From Actinomycetota bacterium (lineage in GTDB: Bacteria; Actinomycetota; Actinomycetes; S36-B12; UBA5976), in the NCBI GenBank assembly GCA_947452755.1, contig CANGDT010000004.1, forward strand, positions 454 to 64,453: 64,000 bases of DNA. Direction: 5' to 3'. A program made the position numbers and the translations under genes. Positions within the stretch are counted from its first letter, which is position 1. Each line of letters starts with the position of its first letter. Below the pieces are notes generated by a model, which was not told the DNA's origin, searched no databases, and worked only from the letters and a program-made list of their open reading frames with translations. Shown here one piece after another: positions 29,930 through 42,135 of this stretch.

Positions 29930-32788
29930 GTGGTTGAGCGTCTGATTGTTCGCGGAGCTCGCGAGCACAACCTCAAAGACGTCAGCATCGACTTGCCTCG
30001 CGATGCGCTAATTGTTTTCACTGGCCTTTCGGGCTCTGGAAAATCCTCACTTGCCTTCGACACAATCTTTGCTGAAGGTCAACGCCGCTACGTTGAGTCA
30101 CTGTCTGCGTACGCGCGCCAGTTCCTGGGACAAATGGACAAGCCGGATGTGGACTTCATCGAAGGACTTTCGCCTGCGGTGTCGATTGATCAAAAGTCCA
30201 CAAACCGCAACCCGAGGTCCACAGTTGGCACCATTACCGAGGTCTACGACTATTTGCGTCTGTTGTTTGCGCGGGCAGGACGTCCGCATTGCCCGGATTG
30301 CGGCCGTATTATCGCGCGTCAGTCGCCACAACAAATTGTTGACCGAATCCTGGAAATTAAGGACGGCACCCGTTTTCAAATCTTGGCGCCGATTATTCGC
30401 GAGCGTAAGGGTGAATACGCGGAGCTATTTCGCAGTCTGCAATCGCAAGGGTTTGCCCGCGCTCGCATTGATGGTGTGGTGTACGCGCTCGAAGAGCCGC
30501 CAACGCTCAAGAAGCAGGAAAAGCACACCATCGAGGTTGTGGTTGACCGTCTGGCTGTAAAGAAGGACGCCGCCCGCCGTTTGACGGACAGCATTGAGAC
30601 TGCGCTTCGGCTCTCGAGTGGCCTTGTCACCTTGGAATTTGTCGACCTTCCTGAGGGCGATCCAGAACGTGAACGAATGTTCAGCGAACACCTGGTCTGT
30701 TTGTATGACGGAAACCAATTCGAAGAGTTGGAGCCGCGCTCATTTTCTTTCAACTCTCCGTTTGGCGCGTGTCCGGATTGCACGGGACTTGGTACGCAAA
30801 TGGAAGTGGATGCCGAATTGGTCATCCCAGATCCTTCACTGAGTGTTGCCGAAGGCGCAATCTCACCGTGGGCATCGGGTCATATTTCGGATTACTTCCT
30901 GCGACTCATTAAAGCTCTGGCCAAAGAGATGGATTTCGACATTGATGTCCCGTGGTCGAAATTGCCAGCAAAAGCCAAGAAAGCCTTGCTGTACGGACAT
31001 GACCATGAAGTGCACGTTAAATACAAGAACCGTTACGGTCGTCAACGCTCGTACAGCACAGGTTTCGAAGGCGCCATTCCGTACATTTCGCGACGCCATT
31101 TAGAAGCCGAAAGTGAAATGAGTCGTGAGAAACTCGAAGGCTACATGCGAGAAGTTGCATGTCCGTCGTGTCGCGGCGCACGTCTCAAGCCGCTGTCACT
31201 TGCAGTGACTTTAAATGACAAGAGCATTTCTGAAATCGCCGACCTTCCTATCGGCGAGTGTGCCGAGTTTCTTAAGGGTCTTGAACTGAGTGCACGCGAA
31301 CGGGCCATCGCTGATCGCGTATTGAAAGAAGTGAACGAACGTCTGGCCTTCCTCGTGGATGTCGGACTCGATTACCTGTCACTGTCACGCTCCGCGGGTT
31401 CACTTGCCGGTGGCGAAGCGCAACGCATTCGTCTTGCGACCCAGATTGGATCAGGTCTCGTTGGCGTGTTGTATGTGCTCGATGAACCAAGTATCGGTCT
31501 TCATCAACGCGACAATCATCGCCTCATCGAAACTTTGGTACGCCTGCGCGATTTGGGAAATACGCTGATTGTTGTTGAGCATGACGAAGACACTATTCGG
31601 ATGGCCGATTGGATTGTTGACATTGGCCCAGGGGCTGGTGAGCACGGTGGCCACGTCGTTGTCAGCGGCTCACTCGAGGACTTGCTGAACAATGAAGAGT
31701 CGCTGACCGGACAGTATTTGTCGGGTAAGCGCTCGATTGCTGTTCCCACCGAACGCCGCACACAGGATCCTGAGCGCAAACTGACTATCAAGGGCGCAAA
31801 AGAACACAACTTGCGCGATGTGTCGGTTGATTTCCCGCTCGGTAACTTTGTTGCCGTGACCGGTGTTTCTGGTTCTGGAAAATCCACGTTGGTTAATGAC
31901 ATTTTGTACAACGTGCTTGCGCGTGATTTAAATGGGGCACGAACCGTGCCCGGTCGACATTTACGTGTGGAAGGTGTTGAACAACTCGACAAGGTTGTTC
32001 ACGTGGACCAAAGCCCCATTGGACGAACACCACGTTCAAATCCGGCTACCTACACAGGTGTCTTTGATCATGTACGCAAACTATTTGCAGAAACTCCTGA
32101 AGCAAAGATACGCGGGTACCAGCAGGGACGGTTCTCGTTCAACGTTAAGGGTGGTCGCTGTGAATCATGCAGTGGAGATGGCACCCTCAAGATTGAAATG
32201 AACTTCCTGCCCGATGTTTATGTGCCTTGCGAAGTGTGTCACGGTGCGCGTTACAACCGGGAGACGCTCGAGGTTCACTACAAGGGCAAAACTATTGCCG
32301 ATGTGCTGAACATGCCTGTTGAAGAAGCTTTGGGTTTCTTCGAAGCAATCCCACCAATCGCACGACACTTGCAAACGCTAGTTGATGTCGGTCTAGGTTA
32401 TGTGCGACTCGGCCAGCCAGCAACAACGTTGTCAGGTGGTGAGGCGCAACGTGTGAAGTTGGCATCCGAACTTCAAAAACGGTCCACCGGTCGCACCGTC
32501 TATGTGTTAGATGAACCTACGACAGGACTTCATTTCGAAGATGTTCGCAAGCTCCTTGCTGTGCTGCATTCACTTGTTGACAAGGGCAACACAGTATTGG
32601 TTATCGAACACAATCTTGACGTCATTAAAACCGCCGACTGGATTGTGGACATGGGACCCGAGGGCGGATCTGGCGGAGGCAAAGTCGTCGGTACGGGAAC
32701 GCCGGAAACTATCGCCAAAACTAAGGGCAGTTACACGGGCGAGTTCCTGGCCCCGCTTTTGCCTGCACCAAAGCGCACTAAGAAATAG
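29930..32788 (+). CDS. uvrA: Excinuclease ABC subunit A
   Basis: GTG start, 952 aa. Two ABC ATPase modules ([18 protein letters not shown]) and zinc-finger Cys pairs. Confidence 0.97.
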   Translation: MVERLIVRGAREHNLKDVSIDLPRDALIVFTGLSGSGKSSLAFDTIFAEGQRRYVESLSAYARQFLGQMDKPDVDFIEGLSPAVSIDQKSTNRNPRSTVGTITEVYDYLRLLFARAGRPHCPDCGRIIARQSPQQIVDRILEIKDGTRFQILAPIIRERKGEYAELFRSLQSQGFARARIDGVVYALEEPPTLKKQEKHTIEVVVDRLAVKKDAARRLTDSIETALRLSSGLVTLEFVDLPEGDPERERMFSEHLVCLYDGNQFEELEPRSFSFNSPFGACPDCTGLGTQMEVDAELVIPDPSLSVAEGAISPWASGHISDYFLRLIKALAKEMDFDIDVPWSKLPAKAKKALLYGHDHEVHVKYKNRYGRQRSYSTGFEGAIPYISRRHLEAESEMSREKLEGYMREVACPSCRGARLKPLSLAVTLNDKSISEIADLPIGECAEFLKGLELSARERAIADRVLKEVNERLAFLVDVGLDYLSLSRSAGSLAGGEAQRIRLATQIGSGLVGVLYVLDEPSIGLHQRDNHRLIETLVRLRDLGNTLIVVEHDEDTIRMADWIVDIGPGAGEHGGHVVVSGSLEDLLNNEESLTGQYLSGKRSIAVPTERRTQDPERKLTIKGAKEHNLRDVSVDFPLGNFVAVTGVSGSGKSTLVNDILYNVLARDLNGARTVPGRHLRVEGVEQLDKVVHVDQSPIGRTPRSNPATYTGVFDHVRKLFAETPEAKIRGYQQGRFSFNVKGGRCESCSGDGTLKIEMNFLPDVYVPCEVCHGARYNRETLEVHYKGKTIADVLNMPVEEALGFFEAIPPIARHLQTLVDVGLGYVRLGQPATTLSGGEAQRVKLASELQKRSTGRTVYVLDEPTTGLHFEDVRKLLAVLHSLVDKGNTVLVIEHNLDVIKTADWIVDMGPEGGSGGGKVVGTGTPETIAKTKGSYTGEFLAPLLPAPKRTKK

Positions 32789-32794
32789 GGCATT

Positions 32795-34660
32795 GTGAAG
32801 TCGTCAGAGAAGCCACGCGACATACCAACTGATCCAGGTGTGTACCGTTGGCGCGACGAAACCGACAAGGTTATCTACGTCGGCAAGGCAAAGAATCTGC
32901 GGAGTCGTCTATCTTCCTATTTCGGCAACGATTTACATCCACGCACAGCAACGATGGTTGCGACTGCTACATCTGTTGACTGGGTCGTTGTACGAAACGA
33001 AACTGAAGCACTGCAATTGGAATATGCGTGGATTAAAGAGTTTGATCCCAACTTCAATGTGCGCTATCGCGACGACAAGTCGTACCCGTACCTTGCAGTC
33101 TCTGTGGGTGAAGAGTTTCCTCGAGCATTTGTCTACCGCGGGGATAAGCGCAAGGGTGTGAATTACTTCGGGCCATATGTACAAGCCTGGGCCATCCGAG
33201 ACACTCTGGACCATCTGCTGCGTGTTTTTCCCGTACGAAGTTGTTCGGCGGGCGTCCTGCGTAACGCCAAAGCGGCTGGCCGTCCGTGTTTGCTCGCGCA
33301 CATTGATCGTTGTTCAGCGCCATGTGTTGGGCGAATTTCCGCCGATGAGCATCGCGACTTGGTTGATCGATTCCAATCTTTTCTTTCAGGTCAATCGCAG
33401 GAAGTGATGCGCAGTCTCACGGAACAAATGCAGCACGCATCCGAACAGCAGGACTATGAACGTGCGTCAGTTTTGCGTGATGATCTACAGGCACTTGAGC
33501 GAGTGCGTGAAAAGAGCACCGTTGTACTGACGGATGAAACAAATGCTGACCTCTGCGCCGTGGCTCACGACGATCTTCAGTCCGCTGTGCAACTTTTCAG
33601 TGTGCGCAATGGTCGCATCGTGGGTCAACGTGGTTTTGTGATGGAGAATTCAGTCGAGGCGACAGATGAATCCTTGATGACGGATGCCTTGATGTACATC
33701 TACCAGAATGCAACCAAGGATGACATTCCCGTCGAAATCATGACGAATGTGACGCCTGAAAGTTCAGAGAGCTTGACTCAATTGCTTAGCGAGATGCGCA
33801 TTGCCAATGTATCGATACGTGTCCCGGCACGAGGTGACAAGCGCACGCTGATGGAAACCGTCGAAACCAATGCCACCCAAGCGTTGGCTGCGCACAAGGC
33901 CAAACGTTCTGCAGATCTGGTAACCCGTTCTAAAGCTCTCCAGGAACTGCAAGAAGCCTTGGGATTGGCGAGTGCACCACTCCGTATTGAATGTATTGAC
34001 GTATCGCATACGAGTGGCACCAACGTCGTGGCATCTCTTGTCGTTTTTGAGGATGGCTTACCCAAGAAATCCGAGTATCGCAGTTACCTTATTAACGAAC
34101 CTCGGGACGATACGGCATCCATCTATGAGGTTGTACAACGAAGGTTTCGGCCGGAAGAAGACTCTCATCGTCCATATCGACCGAACCTGTTGGTTATCGA
34201 CGGCGGTGTACCCCAAGTAAATGCAGCCGCGCGGGCTCTGAATGACAATGGTGTGCGGACTATGTATGTCGTTGGATTAGCAAAGCGCATGGAAGAAATT
34301 TGGGCGCCAGGTGCGGAATATCCGATTGTCCTACCTCGGGGAAGTGAAGGCCTCTTTATGCTCCAGCGTGTGCGCGACGAAGCTCACAGGTTTGCAATTA
34401 CGTTGCATCGCAAGAAACGTTCCAGGTCAATGGTCGACAGTATTTTGGATGAGATTGACGGACTTGGCCCTGTGCGCAAGAAGTCACTCATTGCACATTT
34501 TGGCTCGCTGAAGCGCTTGAAGTTGGCAAGTGTTCCTGAATTGGAATCAGTGCCGGGTATCGGACCAGTTCAGGCGCAAGAGATTTTTGACGCACTCCAG
34601 ACAAAAAAGTCACCCGAACCGACTATAAATATGACAACGGGCGAGATAATTGACCAGTGA
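32795..34660 (+). CDS. uvrC: Excinuclease ABC subunit C
   Basis: GTG start, 621 aa. GIY-YIG N-terminus (GVYRW..VIYVGKAKNLRSR), UVR domain, C-terminal HhH. Confidence 0.95.
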   Translation: MKSSEKPRDIPTDPGVYRWRDETDKVIYVGKAKNLRSRLSSYFGNDLHPRTATMVATATSVDWVVVRNETEALQLEYAWIKEFDPNFNVRYRDDKSYPYLAVSVGEEFPRAFVYRGDKRKGVNYFGPYVQAWAIRDTLDHLLRVFPVRSCSAGVLRNAKAAGRPCLLAHIDRCSAPCVGRISADEHRDLVDRFQSFLSGQSQEVMRSLTEQMQHASEQQDYERASVLRDDLQALERVREKSTVVLTDETNADLCAVAHDDLQSAVQLFSVRNGRIVGQRGFVMENSVEATDESLMTDALMYIYQNATKDDIPVEIMTNVTPESSESLTQLLSEMRIANVSIRVPARGDKRTLMETVETNATQALAAHKAKRSADLVTRSKALQELQEALGLASAPLRIECIDVSHTSGTNVVASLVVFEDGLPKKSEYRSYLINEPRDDTASIYEVVQRRFRPEEDSHRPYRPNLLVIDGGVPQVNAAARALNDNGVRTMYVVGLAKRMEEIWAPGAEYPIVLPRGSEGLFMLQRVRDEAHRFAITLHRKKRSRSMVDSILDEIDGLGPVRKKSLIAHFGSLKRLKLASVPELESVPGIGPVQAQEIFDALQTKKSPEPTINMTTGEIIDQ

Positions 34661-35526
34661 CCGTAGATAACCCGATTGATGTACTGCTCGTAACTGGAAT
34701 GTCGGGTGCAGGTCGATCGACGGCTACTCGCGCACTTGAAGATTTAGGTTGGTTTGTTGTCGATAACATTCCACCGCGAATGATCCCTGACATCGTTGCG
34801 TACTCAACGCAGCGCACTGATCATCCCAAGGTCGCGATTGTTGCCGACGTACGCGGTGGTGAAGTATTCGCGGAGCTTCAAGATGAGCTTAGAAAGCTGA
34901 AGTCCGCGGGGCATGATGTCCGAGTTTTGTTCCTTGAAGCTGGTGACGAATCTTTGGTTCGGCGCTACGAGTCGTCGAGGCGCCCGCATCCCCTGCAACG
35001 AAATGATCATTTGTTGTCAGCCGTTGCCCGCGAACGAGTTTTGCTGGGCGAGCTACGAGCTGATTCAGATCTTGTCATCGATACCAGCGCAATGAATGTG
35101 CATGAACTTCGCCGGCGAATTGAGGAAGCATTCGGCGACGACGAGCACGTCACACTGCGCGCGACTGTGTTGTCATTTGGGTTTAAGTACGGAATTCCGG
35201 TAGACGCTGACCTCGTCGCCGATATGCGTTTCCTGCCTAACCCATATTGGGACCCAGCGCTGCGCGAACTTACCGGTTTGGACGAGGCCGTCAATGACTC
35301 GGTAGTGATGTTGCCCGAAGCACAAGCATTCCTCGAGCAATACACAAATTTGGTCAGCCTGATTGAAGATGGATACATTCGTGAAGGAAAAAGGTTCGTC
35401 ACAATCGCAATTGGCTGCACAGGCGGCAAACATCGCAGTGTTGCGATGTCTGAAAACCTCGCAGCGCGGCTCGTCAAGAATGGCGTCGAAGTTCGCGTTG
35501 TACACCGTGACCTAGGGCGCGAATAA
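34657..35526 (+). CDS. rapZ: RNase adapter / nucleotide-binding protein RapZ (YvcJ family)
   Basis: 289 aa. P-loop GMSGAGRST, C-terminal IGCTGGKHRSV. GTGA overlap with uvrC. Confidence 0.9.
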   Translation: MTVDNPIDVLLVTGMSGAGRSTATRALEDLGWFVVDNIPPRMIPDIVAYSTQRTDHPKVAIVADVRGGEVFAELQDELRKLKSAGHDVRVLFLEAGDESLVRRYESSRRPHPLQRNDHLLSAVARERVLLGELRADSDLVIDTSAMNVHELRRRIEEAFGDDEHVTLRATVLSFGFKYGIPVDADLVADMRFLPNPYWDPALRELTGLDEAVNDSVVMLPEAQAFLEQYTNLVSLIEDGYIREGKRFVTIAIGCTGGKHRSVAMSENLAARLVKNGVEVRVVHRDLGRE

Positions 35527-35528
35527 GA

Positions 35529-36497
35529 GTGAGTTCACGTAACGGCGTCGGACCGCGCGTTGTCGCCCTTGGTGGGGGACATGGACTGGCGGCAAGCCTT
35601 CGCGCCTTGCGCGCAGTGACACCGAATCTCACCGCAGTCGTTGGAGTGAGTGACAATGGCGGCAGCTCGGGACGTATTCGCGAGCAATTTAATGTTGTAC
35701 CGCCCGGTGACCTACGAATGGCACTTGCCGCATTGTGTGGCGACGACCAGTGGGGATCTACGTGGGCCCGAGTGTTGCAACATCGATTTTCCTCAACGGG
35801 TGATTTAGACGGTCATGCCTTGGGCAATCTGCTGATCACGGCGCTCTGGGAAGAAACAGGCGACGTTGTGAGCGCCCTTGATTGGGTGTCACGTCTGCTC
35901 GATTCACGAGGTCGTGTACTGCCGCTAGCCACAGACCCCCTTGAGGTGCAAGCGCGGGCCGTAGATGAACATGGCGTTGAGCATGTCATCACAGGTCAAG
36001 CACAGGTGGCGACCTCTGACTTAGACATCAAAGAAATCACCCTGGTGCCCGCCGGAGTTGCCGCCTGCCCGCAGGCAGTCACTGCTGTCCAAAACGCCGA
36101 TGTTGTCATCCTCGGGCCAGGCTCGTGGTTCACCAGTGTGATGCCACATTTCCACGTTCAGGAAATGGCTTCGGCACTGATTGGTACTGAGGCCAAACGC
36201 GTGCTGGTGTTGAATTTAGATCCGGCACAAGGTGAAACCCGTGGCTTTGGGCCAGAAACGTTCCTGCAGGGATTGGCACATGACCACCCAGATTTTCGTC
36301 TCGATGTCGTCATTGCTGACCCGTCTCACACCCACGACCGAGGTCCGCTTGAGGCAGTGGCCGCGACCATGGGTGCCACTGTGCATTACGCCCCTGTTGC
36401 CAATGCCCTCGAGCCCCAAAATCAGCATGACCCCGTACTCCTAGCCTCGGCGTTCGAACAAGTTTTCTCATCTGGCATTATCGGAGCATGGCAATGA
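35529..36497 (+). CDS. yvcK: YvcK/CofD-like gluconeogenesis factor
   Basis: GTG start, 322 aa. GGGHGL and [10 protein letters not shown] motifs. Conserved rapZ-yvcK-whiA arrangement. Confidence 0.85.
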   Translation: MSSRNGVGPRVVALGGGHGLAASLRALRAVTPNLTAVVGVSDNGGSSGRIREQFNVVPPGDLRMALAALCGDDQWGSTWARVLQHRFSSTGDLDGHALGNLLITALWEETGDVVSALDWVSRLLDSRGRVLPLATDPLEVQARAVDEHGVEHVITGQAQVATSDLDIKEITLVPAGVAACPQAVTAVQNADVVILGPGSWFTSVMPHFHVQEMASALIGTEAKRVLVLNLDPAQGETRGFGPETFLQGLAHDHPDFRLDVVIADPSHTHDRGPLEAVAATMGATVHYAPVANALEPQNQHDPVLLASAFEQVFSSGIIGAWQ

Positions 36498-37468
36498 CCT
36501 CAGCAGTAAAGGACGAACTCAGTCGTCTCAAGATCACAAAGTCCTGCTGCCGCAAAGCGGAAGTCTCGGCACTACTGCGATTCGCAGGTGGTCTACATAT
36601 CGTTGGCGGAAAGATTGTTGTCGAAGCAGAACTCGATACAGGTCAGGCTGCTCGACGTTTGCGTAAGGATCTTGCAGAAATTTTTGGTCGCGAAAGCGAA
36701 GTGTCAGTATTGACTGGCGCTGGCATTCGCAAGGGAAGTCGCTATGTGGTGCGAGTAAGCACAGATGGTGAACACCTCGCAAAGCAAGTTGGTCTCGTTG
36801 ACGGAAGCGGCCGACCAATTCGTGGCCTGCCACCGCACATTGTGTCTGCTGCATTGTGTGATGCCGAAGCCGCATGGCGTGGCGCTTTCTTGGCACATGG
36901 ATCGTTGACTGAGCCAGGTCGATCATCTTCTTTGGAAATTACTTGCCCGGGTCCAGAAGCGGCATTGGCACTGGTCGGAAGTGCACGCCGCTTGGGTATC
37001 ACCGCCAAAGCTCGCGAAGTGCGCGGTGTTGATCGCGTAGTCATCCGTGATGGCGATTCAATCAGCGCATTGCTCACTCGTATCGGCGCGCATGACTCTG
37101 TGCTTGCTTGGGAAGAACGCCGCCTTCGTCGCGAAGTGCGTGCCACCGCAAATCGTCTTGCAAATTTCGATGATGCAAATCTTCGCCGGTCGGCGCGGGC
37201 AGCAGTTGCCGCAGGTGCGCGCGCTGCTCGAGCTATCGAAATCCTCGGACCTGAAATTCCAGCTCACCTTCTGGAAGCTGGTCAGCTACGCGTAACCCAC
37301 CAGCAGGCGAGCCTTGAAGAGCTTGGCGCACTGGCTGATCCGCCGATGACTAAAGACGCGATTGCAGGGCGAATCCGCCGTTTATTAGCAATGGCTGACA
37401 AACGAGCCCAGGATTTAGGCATACCTAACACCGAATCGGGCCTGACGCCTGATATGCTCGAGGGGTAA
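36488..37468 (+). CDS. whiA: Sporulation/cell-division transcription regulator WhiA
   Basis: 326 aa. [15 protein letters not shown]-terminus is typical of actinobacterial WhiA. C-terminal HTH. 10-nt overlap with yvcK. Confidence 0.92.
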   Translation: MAMTSAVKDELSRLKITKSCCRKAEVSALLRFAGGLHIVGGKIVVEAELDTGQAARRLRKDLAEIFGRESEVSVLTGAGIRKGSRYVVRVSTDGEHLAKQVGLVDGSGRPIRGLPPHIVSAALCDAEAAWRGAFLAHGSLTEPGRSSSLEITCPGPEAALALVGSARRLGITAKAREVRGVDRVVIRDGDSISALLTRIGAHDSVLAWEERRLRREVRATANRLANFDDANLRRSARAAVAAGARAARAIEILGPEIPAHLLEAGQLRVTHQQASLEELGALADPPMTKDAIAGRIRRLLAMADKRAQDLGIPNTESGLTPDMLEG

Positions 37469-37590
37469 TCCAGCGACGACCCCGACGATGTGGTGCTACG
37501 CGAAAATAGCGGTTTCCACTCGGAAATCTCTCGCGCCCGTCGCTTCACAAGTCGGAAAAATCGGCTGGACGCCTGTCCGGCTCAACGTAA

Positions 37591-38604
<1,014 letters not shown>

Positions 38605-38607
38605 ACA

Positions 38608-39816
38608 ATGGCTATTCGTGGAATCGATCAGCTCGACGTAGCTGGTAAGACAGTTCTTGTTCGTAGTGATCTCAATGTTCCGCTTGAATACGTAGGCGAC
38701 GCTGGCACGATTACCGACGATGGTCGAATCGTTGCCAGTGTTCCGACTATTAAAGCGTTGCTAGATCGTGGTGCCAAGGTGGTCGTGCTGGCGCACTTAG
38801 GTCGTCCTAAGGGTGCACCTGAGGCAAAGTATTCACTTGCCCCGGCCGCAGTTCGCCTCGGTGAACTTTTGGGTCAGCCAGTTACCTTGGCAACTGATGT
38901 CAGTGGGGAATCGGCTCGCACAGTTGTCGGTTCGTTGATAGACGGACAGATTGCCATGCTTGAGAATGTGCGTTTTGATGCGCGCGAAACGAGCAAGGTT
39001 GAGGCCGAACGCGCCGAGCTAGCGGGCGAGTGGGCTGCATTGGGTGATGTGTACGTCAGCGACGGCTTTGGTGTTGTGCACCGTGCTCAAGCATCCGTTA
39101 CTGATCTAGCTAAGGCTCTTCCACATGCAGCGGGTCTGCTCGTTGAAGCCGAAGCACGAGTATTCAGTAAGGTGCTCAGCAATCCTGATCGTCCATATGT
39201 TGTCATCCTTGGTGGTTCAAAGGTCAGTGACAAACTCGGTGTAGTTGAGAATTTGCTGAAGTCTGTTGACCGCCTATTGGTTGGCGGTGGCATGGCTTAC
39301 ACATTCTTGGCCGCACAAGGTCACACTGTTGGCAAGTCGCTACTTGAACAAGACATGATTGAAACCGTGAAGTCGCTGGTTGCCGATGCGCAGGCCCGTG
39401 GCGTCGAGGTTGTTATTCCTGTCGACACGGTGATTGCTGATGACTTTGCTCCAGATGCAAATACTCGAATTGTTCCGTCGGACTCAATCCCTGATGACTG
39501 GCAAGGTCTTGATATTGGTCCTGAAACTCGCGCGCTTTTTGCATCGAAAATTGCTGACGCAAAAACTGTTGTGTGGAATGGCCCAATGGGTGTTTTCGAA
39601 ATGGCAGCGTTTGCTGGCGGAACACGCGCAGTAGCCGAAGCGATGACCAATATTGATGCAATGACTGTTATTGGTGGTGGCGATTCTGCTGCTGCCGTCC
39701 GGCTGCTGGGGATTGATGAGGCTGGGTTCAGTCACATCTCAACTGGTGGCGGGGCAAGTTTGGAATTCCTGGAAGGTAAGACTTTGCCAGGTCTAGCTGT
39801 TCTGGAGGACAACTAA
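38608..39816 (+). CDS. pgk: Phosphoglycerate kinase
   Basis: 402 aa. [16 protein letters not shown]-like [21 protein letters not shown]. Confidence 0.97.
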   Translation: MAIRGIDQLDVAGKTVLVRSDLNVPLEYVGDAGTITDDGRIVASVPTIKALLDRGAKVVVLAHLGRPKGAPEAKYSLAPAAVRLGELLGQPVTLATDVSGESARTVVGSLIDGQIAMLENVRFDARETSKVEAERAELAGEWAALGDVYVSDGFGVVHRAQASVTDLAKALPHAAGLLVEAEARVFSKVLSNPDRPYVVILGGSKVSDKLGVVENLLKSVDRLLVGGGMAYTFLAAQGHTVGKSLLEQDMIETVKSLVADAQARGVEVVIPVDTVIADDFAPDANTRIVPSDSIPDDWQGLDIGPETRALFASKIADAKTVVWNGPMGVFEMAAFAGGTRAVAEAMTNIDAMTVIGGGDSAAAVRLLGIDEAGFSHISTGGGASLEFLEGKTLPGLAVLEDN

Positions 39817-40590
39817 ATGGCACGTACGCCACTGATGGCAGGTAACTGGAAGATGAACCTCAATCACATTGAGGCGATTGCATTAGTTCAGAAACTTGCC
39901 TACACACTTAATGCCGAAGATTACGCAAACCTTGATGTCTGCGTTTTGCCACCGTTTACGGATATTCGTTCGGTGCAGACACTCGTTGATGCGGACAAGG
40001 TGCAAATTAGTTACGGTGCGCAAGATTTGTCGGTAGCTGAAAAGGGCGCATACACAGGTGAAATCAGTGGGGCAATGCTAGCCAAACTGGGCTGCTCATA
40101 CGTAGCTGTAGGTCATTCCGAACGACGTCAGTATCACGGTGAATCCGATGAAACTGTGAACAAAAAAGTTCTTGCTGCGCTGCGCAACAATGTGACTCCA
40201 ATTGTGTGTGTTGGTGAAGGCCTAGACATTCGCAAAGATGGAACACACGTTGAGTACACACTCGCTCAGGTTGCCGGAGCGCTTGACGGCTTGACGGCTG
40301 CTCAGATTGGCGATTTAGTGATTGCCTACGAACCAGTTTGGGCAATTGGCACCGGAGAAGTAGCCACACCTGAAGACGCTCAAGAGGTCTGTGCAGCGAT
40401 TCGTGGATGGGTACGTAACAACCACGGCAACGCCGCAGACAAGGTGCGCGTGCTCTACGGTGGCTCGATGAAGAGCGATAACGTTGCCGCTTTGATGGCG
40501 CAGGCAGATGTTGACGGCGGTCTGGTAGGTGGGGCTTCGCTAGATCCTGATGAATTTGTTTCTGTGTGCCGCTACCGACTTCATCCCTAA
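39817..40590 (+). CDS. tpiA: Triosephosphate isomerase
   Basis: 257 aa. [24 protein letters not shown]. Confidence 0.97.
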   Translation: MARTPLMAGNWKMNLNHIEAIALVQKLAYTLNAEDYANLDVCVLPPFTDIRSVQTLVDADKVQISYGAQDLSVAEKGAYTGEISGAMLAKLGCSYVAVGHSERRQYHGESDETVNKKVLAALRNNVTPIVCVGEGLDIRKDGTHVEYTLAQVAGALDGLTAAQIGDLVIAYEPVWAIGTGEVATPEDAQEVCAAIRGWVRNNHGNAADKVRVLYGGSMKSDNVAALMAQADVDGGLVGGASLDPDEFVSVCRYRLHP

Positions 40591-40689
40591 GCAGTAGGCC
40601 ATTTTCCGGGGAAATCCCCCAGTAGGTGGCGATTCGGGGATGTCGCGAGTGTCAGGTATCCTTAAGACTCAGGTTTTGCAAGTAAGTCC

Positions 40690-40725
40690 AAGTTCCACCA
40701 ATACGTGAAGTTCTACCAATTAGTG
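40690..40725. repeat. 18-bp tandem direct repeat upstream of secG (aagttccaccaatacgtg / aagttctaccaattagtg)
   Basis: 15/18 identity, counted directly. The repeat ends about 8 nt before the GAAGGAG RBS of secG. Confidence 0.6.
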
Positions 40726-40745
40726 AATACGACGAAGGAGTCCGC

Positions 40746-40979
40746 ATGATCGGCGCATTTGAAGCCATCTTGGTGGTTGTCAGTTTGTTGCTCATCGTTC
40801 TGGTGCTGTTGCACAAGGGCAAAGGTGGCGGATTGTCAGATCTATTTGGCGGCGGCATTGGTAGTTCGTTGGGTGGTTCATCTGTAGCTGAGCGCAATCT
40901 GGATCGCATCACGGTTGTGTTAGCTCTTTTGTGGGCAGCATCAATTGTTGGACTTGGCCTCTTGCTGAAGTGGGCATAG
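40746..40979 (+). CDS. secG: Preprotein translocase subunit SecG
   Basis: 77 aa, two hydrophobic helices separated by a Gly-rich loop (KGKGGGLSDLFGGG). Follows tpiA. GAAGGAG RBS. Confidence 0.85.
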   Translation: MIGAFEAILVVVSLLLIVLVLLHKGKGGGLSDLFGGGIGSSLGGSSVAERNLDRITVVLALLWAASIVGLGLLLKWA

Positions 40980-41053
40980 CCCTTTAAATAAGTTTGATGG
41001 ACATACGTCCACTCCGATTTTTAGAAGTGAAATACAACCAGTAAGGAAACACA

Positions 41054-41389
41054 ATGGCTAGTGGTAGTGCAATCCGTGGAAGTCGCGTCGGCGCAGGCCC
41101 AATGGGTGAAGCAGAGCGTGGCGATGCCGCACCTCGCATCTACATTTCTTACTACTGCGCTGTCGGGCACGAGACCACACCAAGCTTTGCGCACGACGCT
41201 GAAGTTCCAGAGGAATGGGATTGCCCGAAGTGCGGATTAGCTGCGGGACAAGATAAAGAAAATCCGCCGATTCCGGTAAAGAACGAGCCATACAAAACAC
41301 ACTTGGCTTACGTCAAAGAGCGTCGCGAAGACAATGACGGTCGATCAATTTTGGATGAAGCATTGCTTAACATCCGTGGCAAGATCTAA
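41054..41389 (+). CDS. rbpA: RNA polymerase-binding protein RbpA
   Basis: 111 aa. IRGSRVGAGPMGE, the Cys/His cluster C..GH...C.KCG, and a C-terminal KTHLAYVKERR sigma-interaction-like region. Confidence 0.85.
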   Translation: MASGSAIRGSRVGAGPMGEAERGDAAPRIYISYYCAVGHETTPSFAHDAEVPEEWDCPKCGLAAGQDKENPPIPVKNEPYKTHLAYVKERREDNDGRSILDEALLNIRGKI

Positions 41390-42135
41390 ATAAAATCTTC
41401 CGCATCAGCGGAGTCTGAATCAAAGGCAGCAGAGTCTACGAATAATTTCGTGGACTCTGTTCCTTTTATGCCCATTGCCGGGATTTGAGTCAGCGGCGTA
41501 GTCCCTGCGAGTAGATGATCGACGACGACACGCTTCTCGGCACCAGTAGCAACCAGCCACACCTGTTCTGAGGAATTGATTGTTTCAAATGACCACGTGA
41601 CGCGCTGTGCTGGTGGCTTAGGGCTATCCAAGACACTAAGTACGGCTTCTTTGTGGTTGAGGAGATCTGATTCAGGAAATAGGGAAGCAACGTGCCCATC
41701 TGGGCCGATGCTCAGAAGTGTGACATCCATCAAGGTGTTTGTGGCAAACGCTCGGGTTGTTGTAAACGTGTCGAGTTCAGTTGCGTAAGCCTTCGTTGCG
41801 AGTTCGACTGACCCGACTACATCCGGACCAGCGACTCGGTGAACGTGCGGCTTAAAATTTTCATCAACGTGCGAAAGCACGGAATCGTTTCGTTCAGTTA
41901 ATTCGCTCGTGAAGCGCTCGTCGCTGAACCACAAGTGCAAGGATTTACATCCCAGGACAAGTGGGTGCGCAATCAGTGCTTGAGTAATTTCTGTGCCTAC
42001 GCGACCGCCAGTGAGTGCAAGGTGAAAATTATTCAATGCAGAGGTACGAGTCGTGATCATGCGCACAAGTGAGAGAACAATTTCAGAAACTACATCTTCC
42101 TGAGCTTCTTGAGCATGCAGTTCTATTCGCGTCAT
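41386..42135 (-). CDS. pgl: 6-phosphogluconolactonase
   Basis: 249 aa. LTGGR.G N-terminal motif and LSIGPDGHVASLFP. Last gene of the tkt-tal-zwf-opcA-pgl operon. Confidence 0.88.
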   Translation of the reverse strand: MTRIELHAQEAQEDVVSEIVLSLVRMITTRTSALNNFHLALTGGRVGTEITQALIAHPLVLGCKSLHLWFSDERFTSELTERNDSVLSHVDENFKPHVHRVAGPDVVGSVELATKAYATELDTFTTTRAFATNTLMDVTLLSIGPDGHVASLFPESDLLNHKEAVLSVLDSPKPPAQRVTWSFETINSSEQVWLVATGAEKRVVVDHLLAGTTPLTQIPAMGIKGTESTKLFVDSAAFDSDSADAEDFI

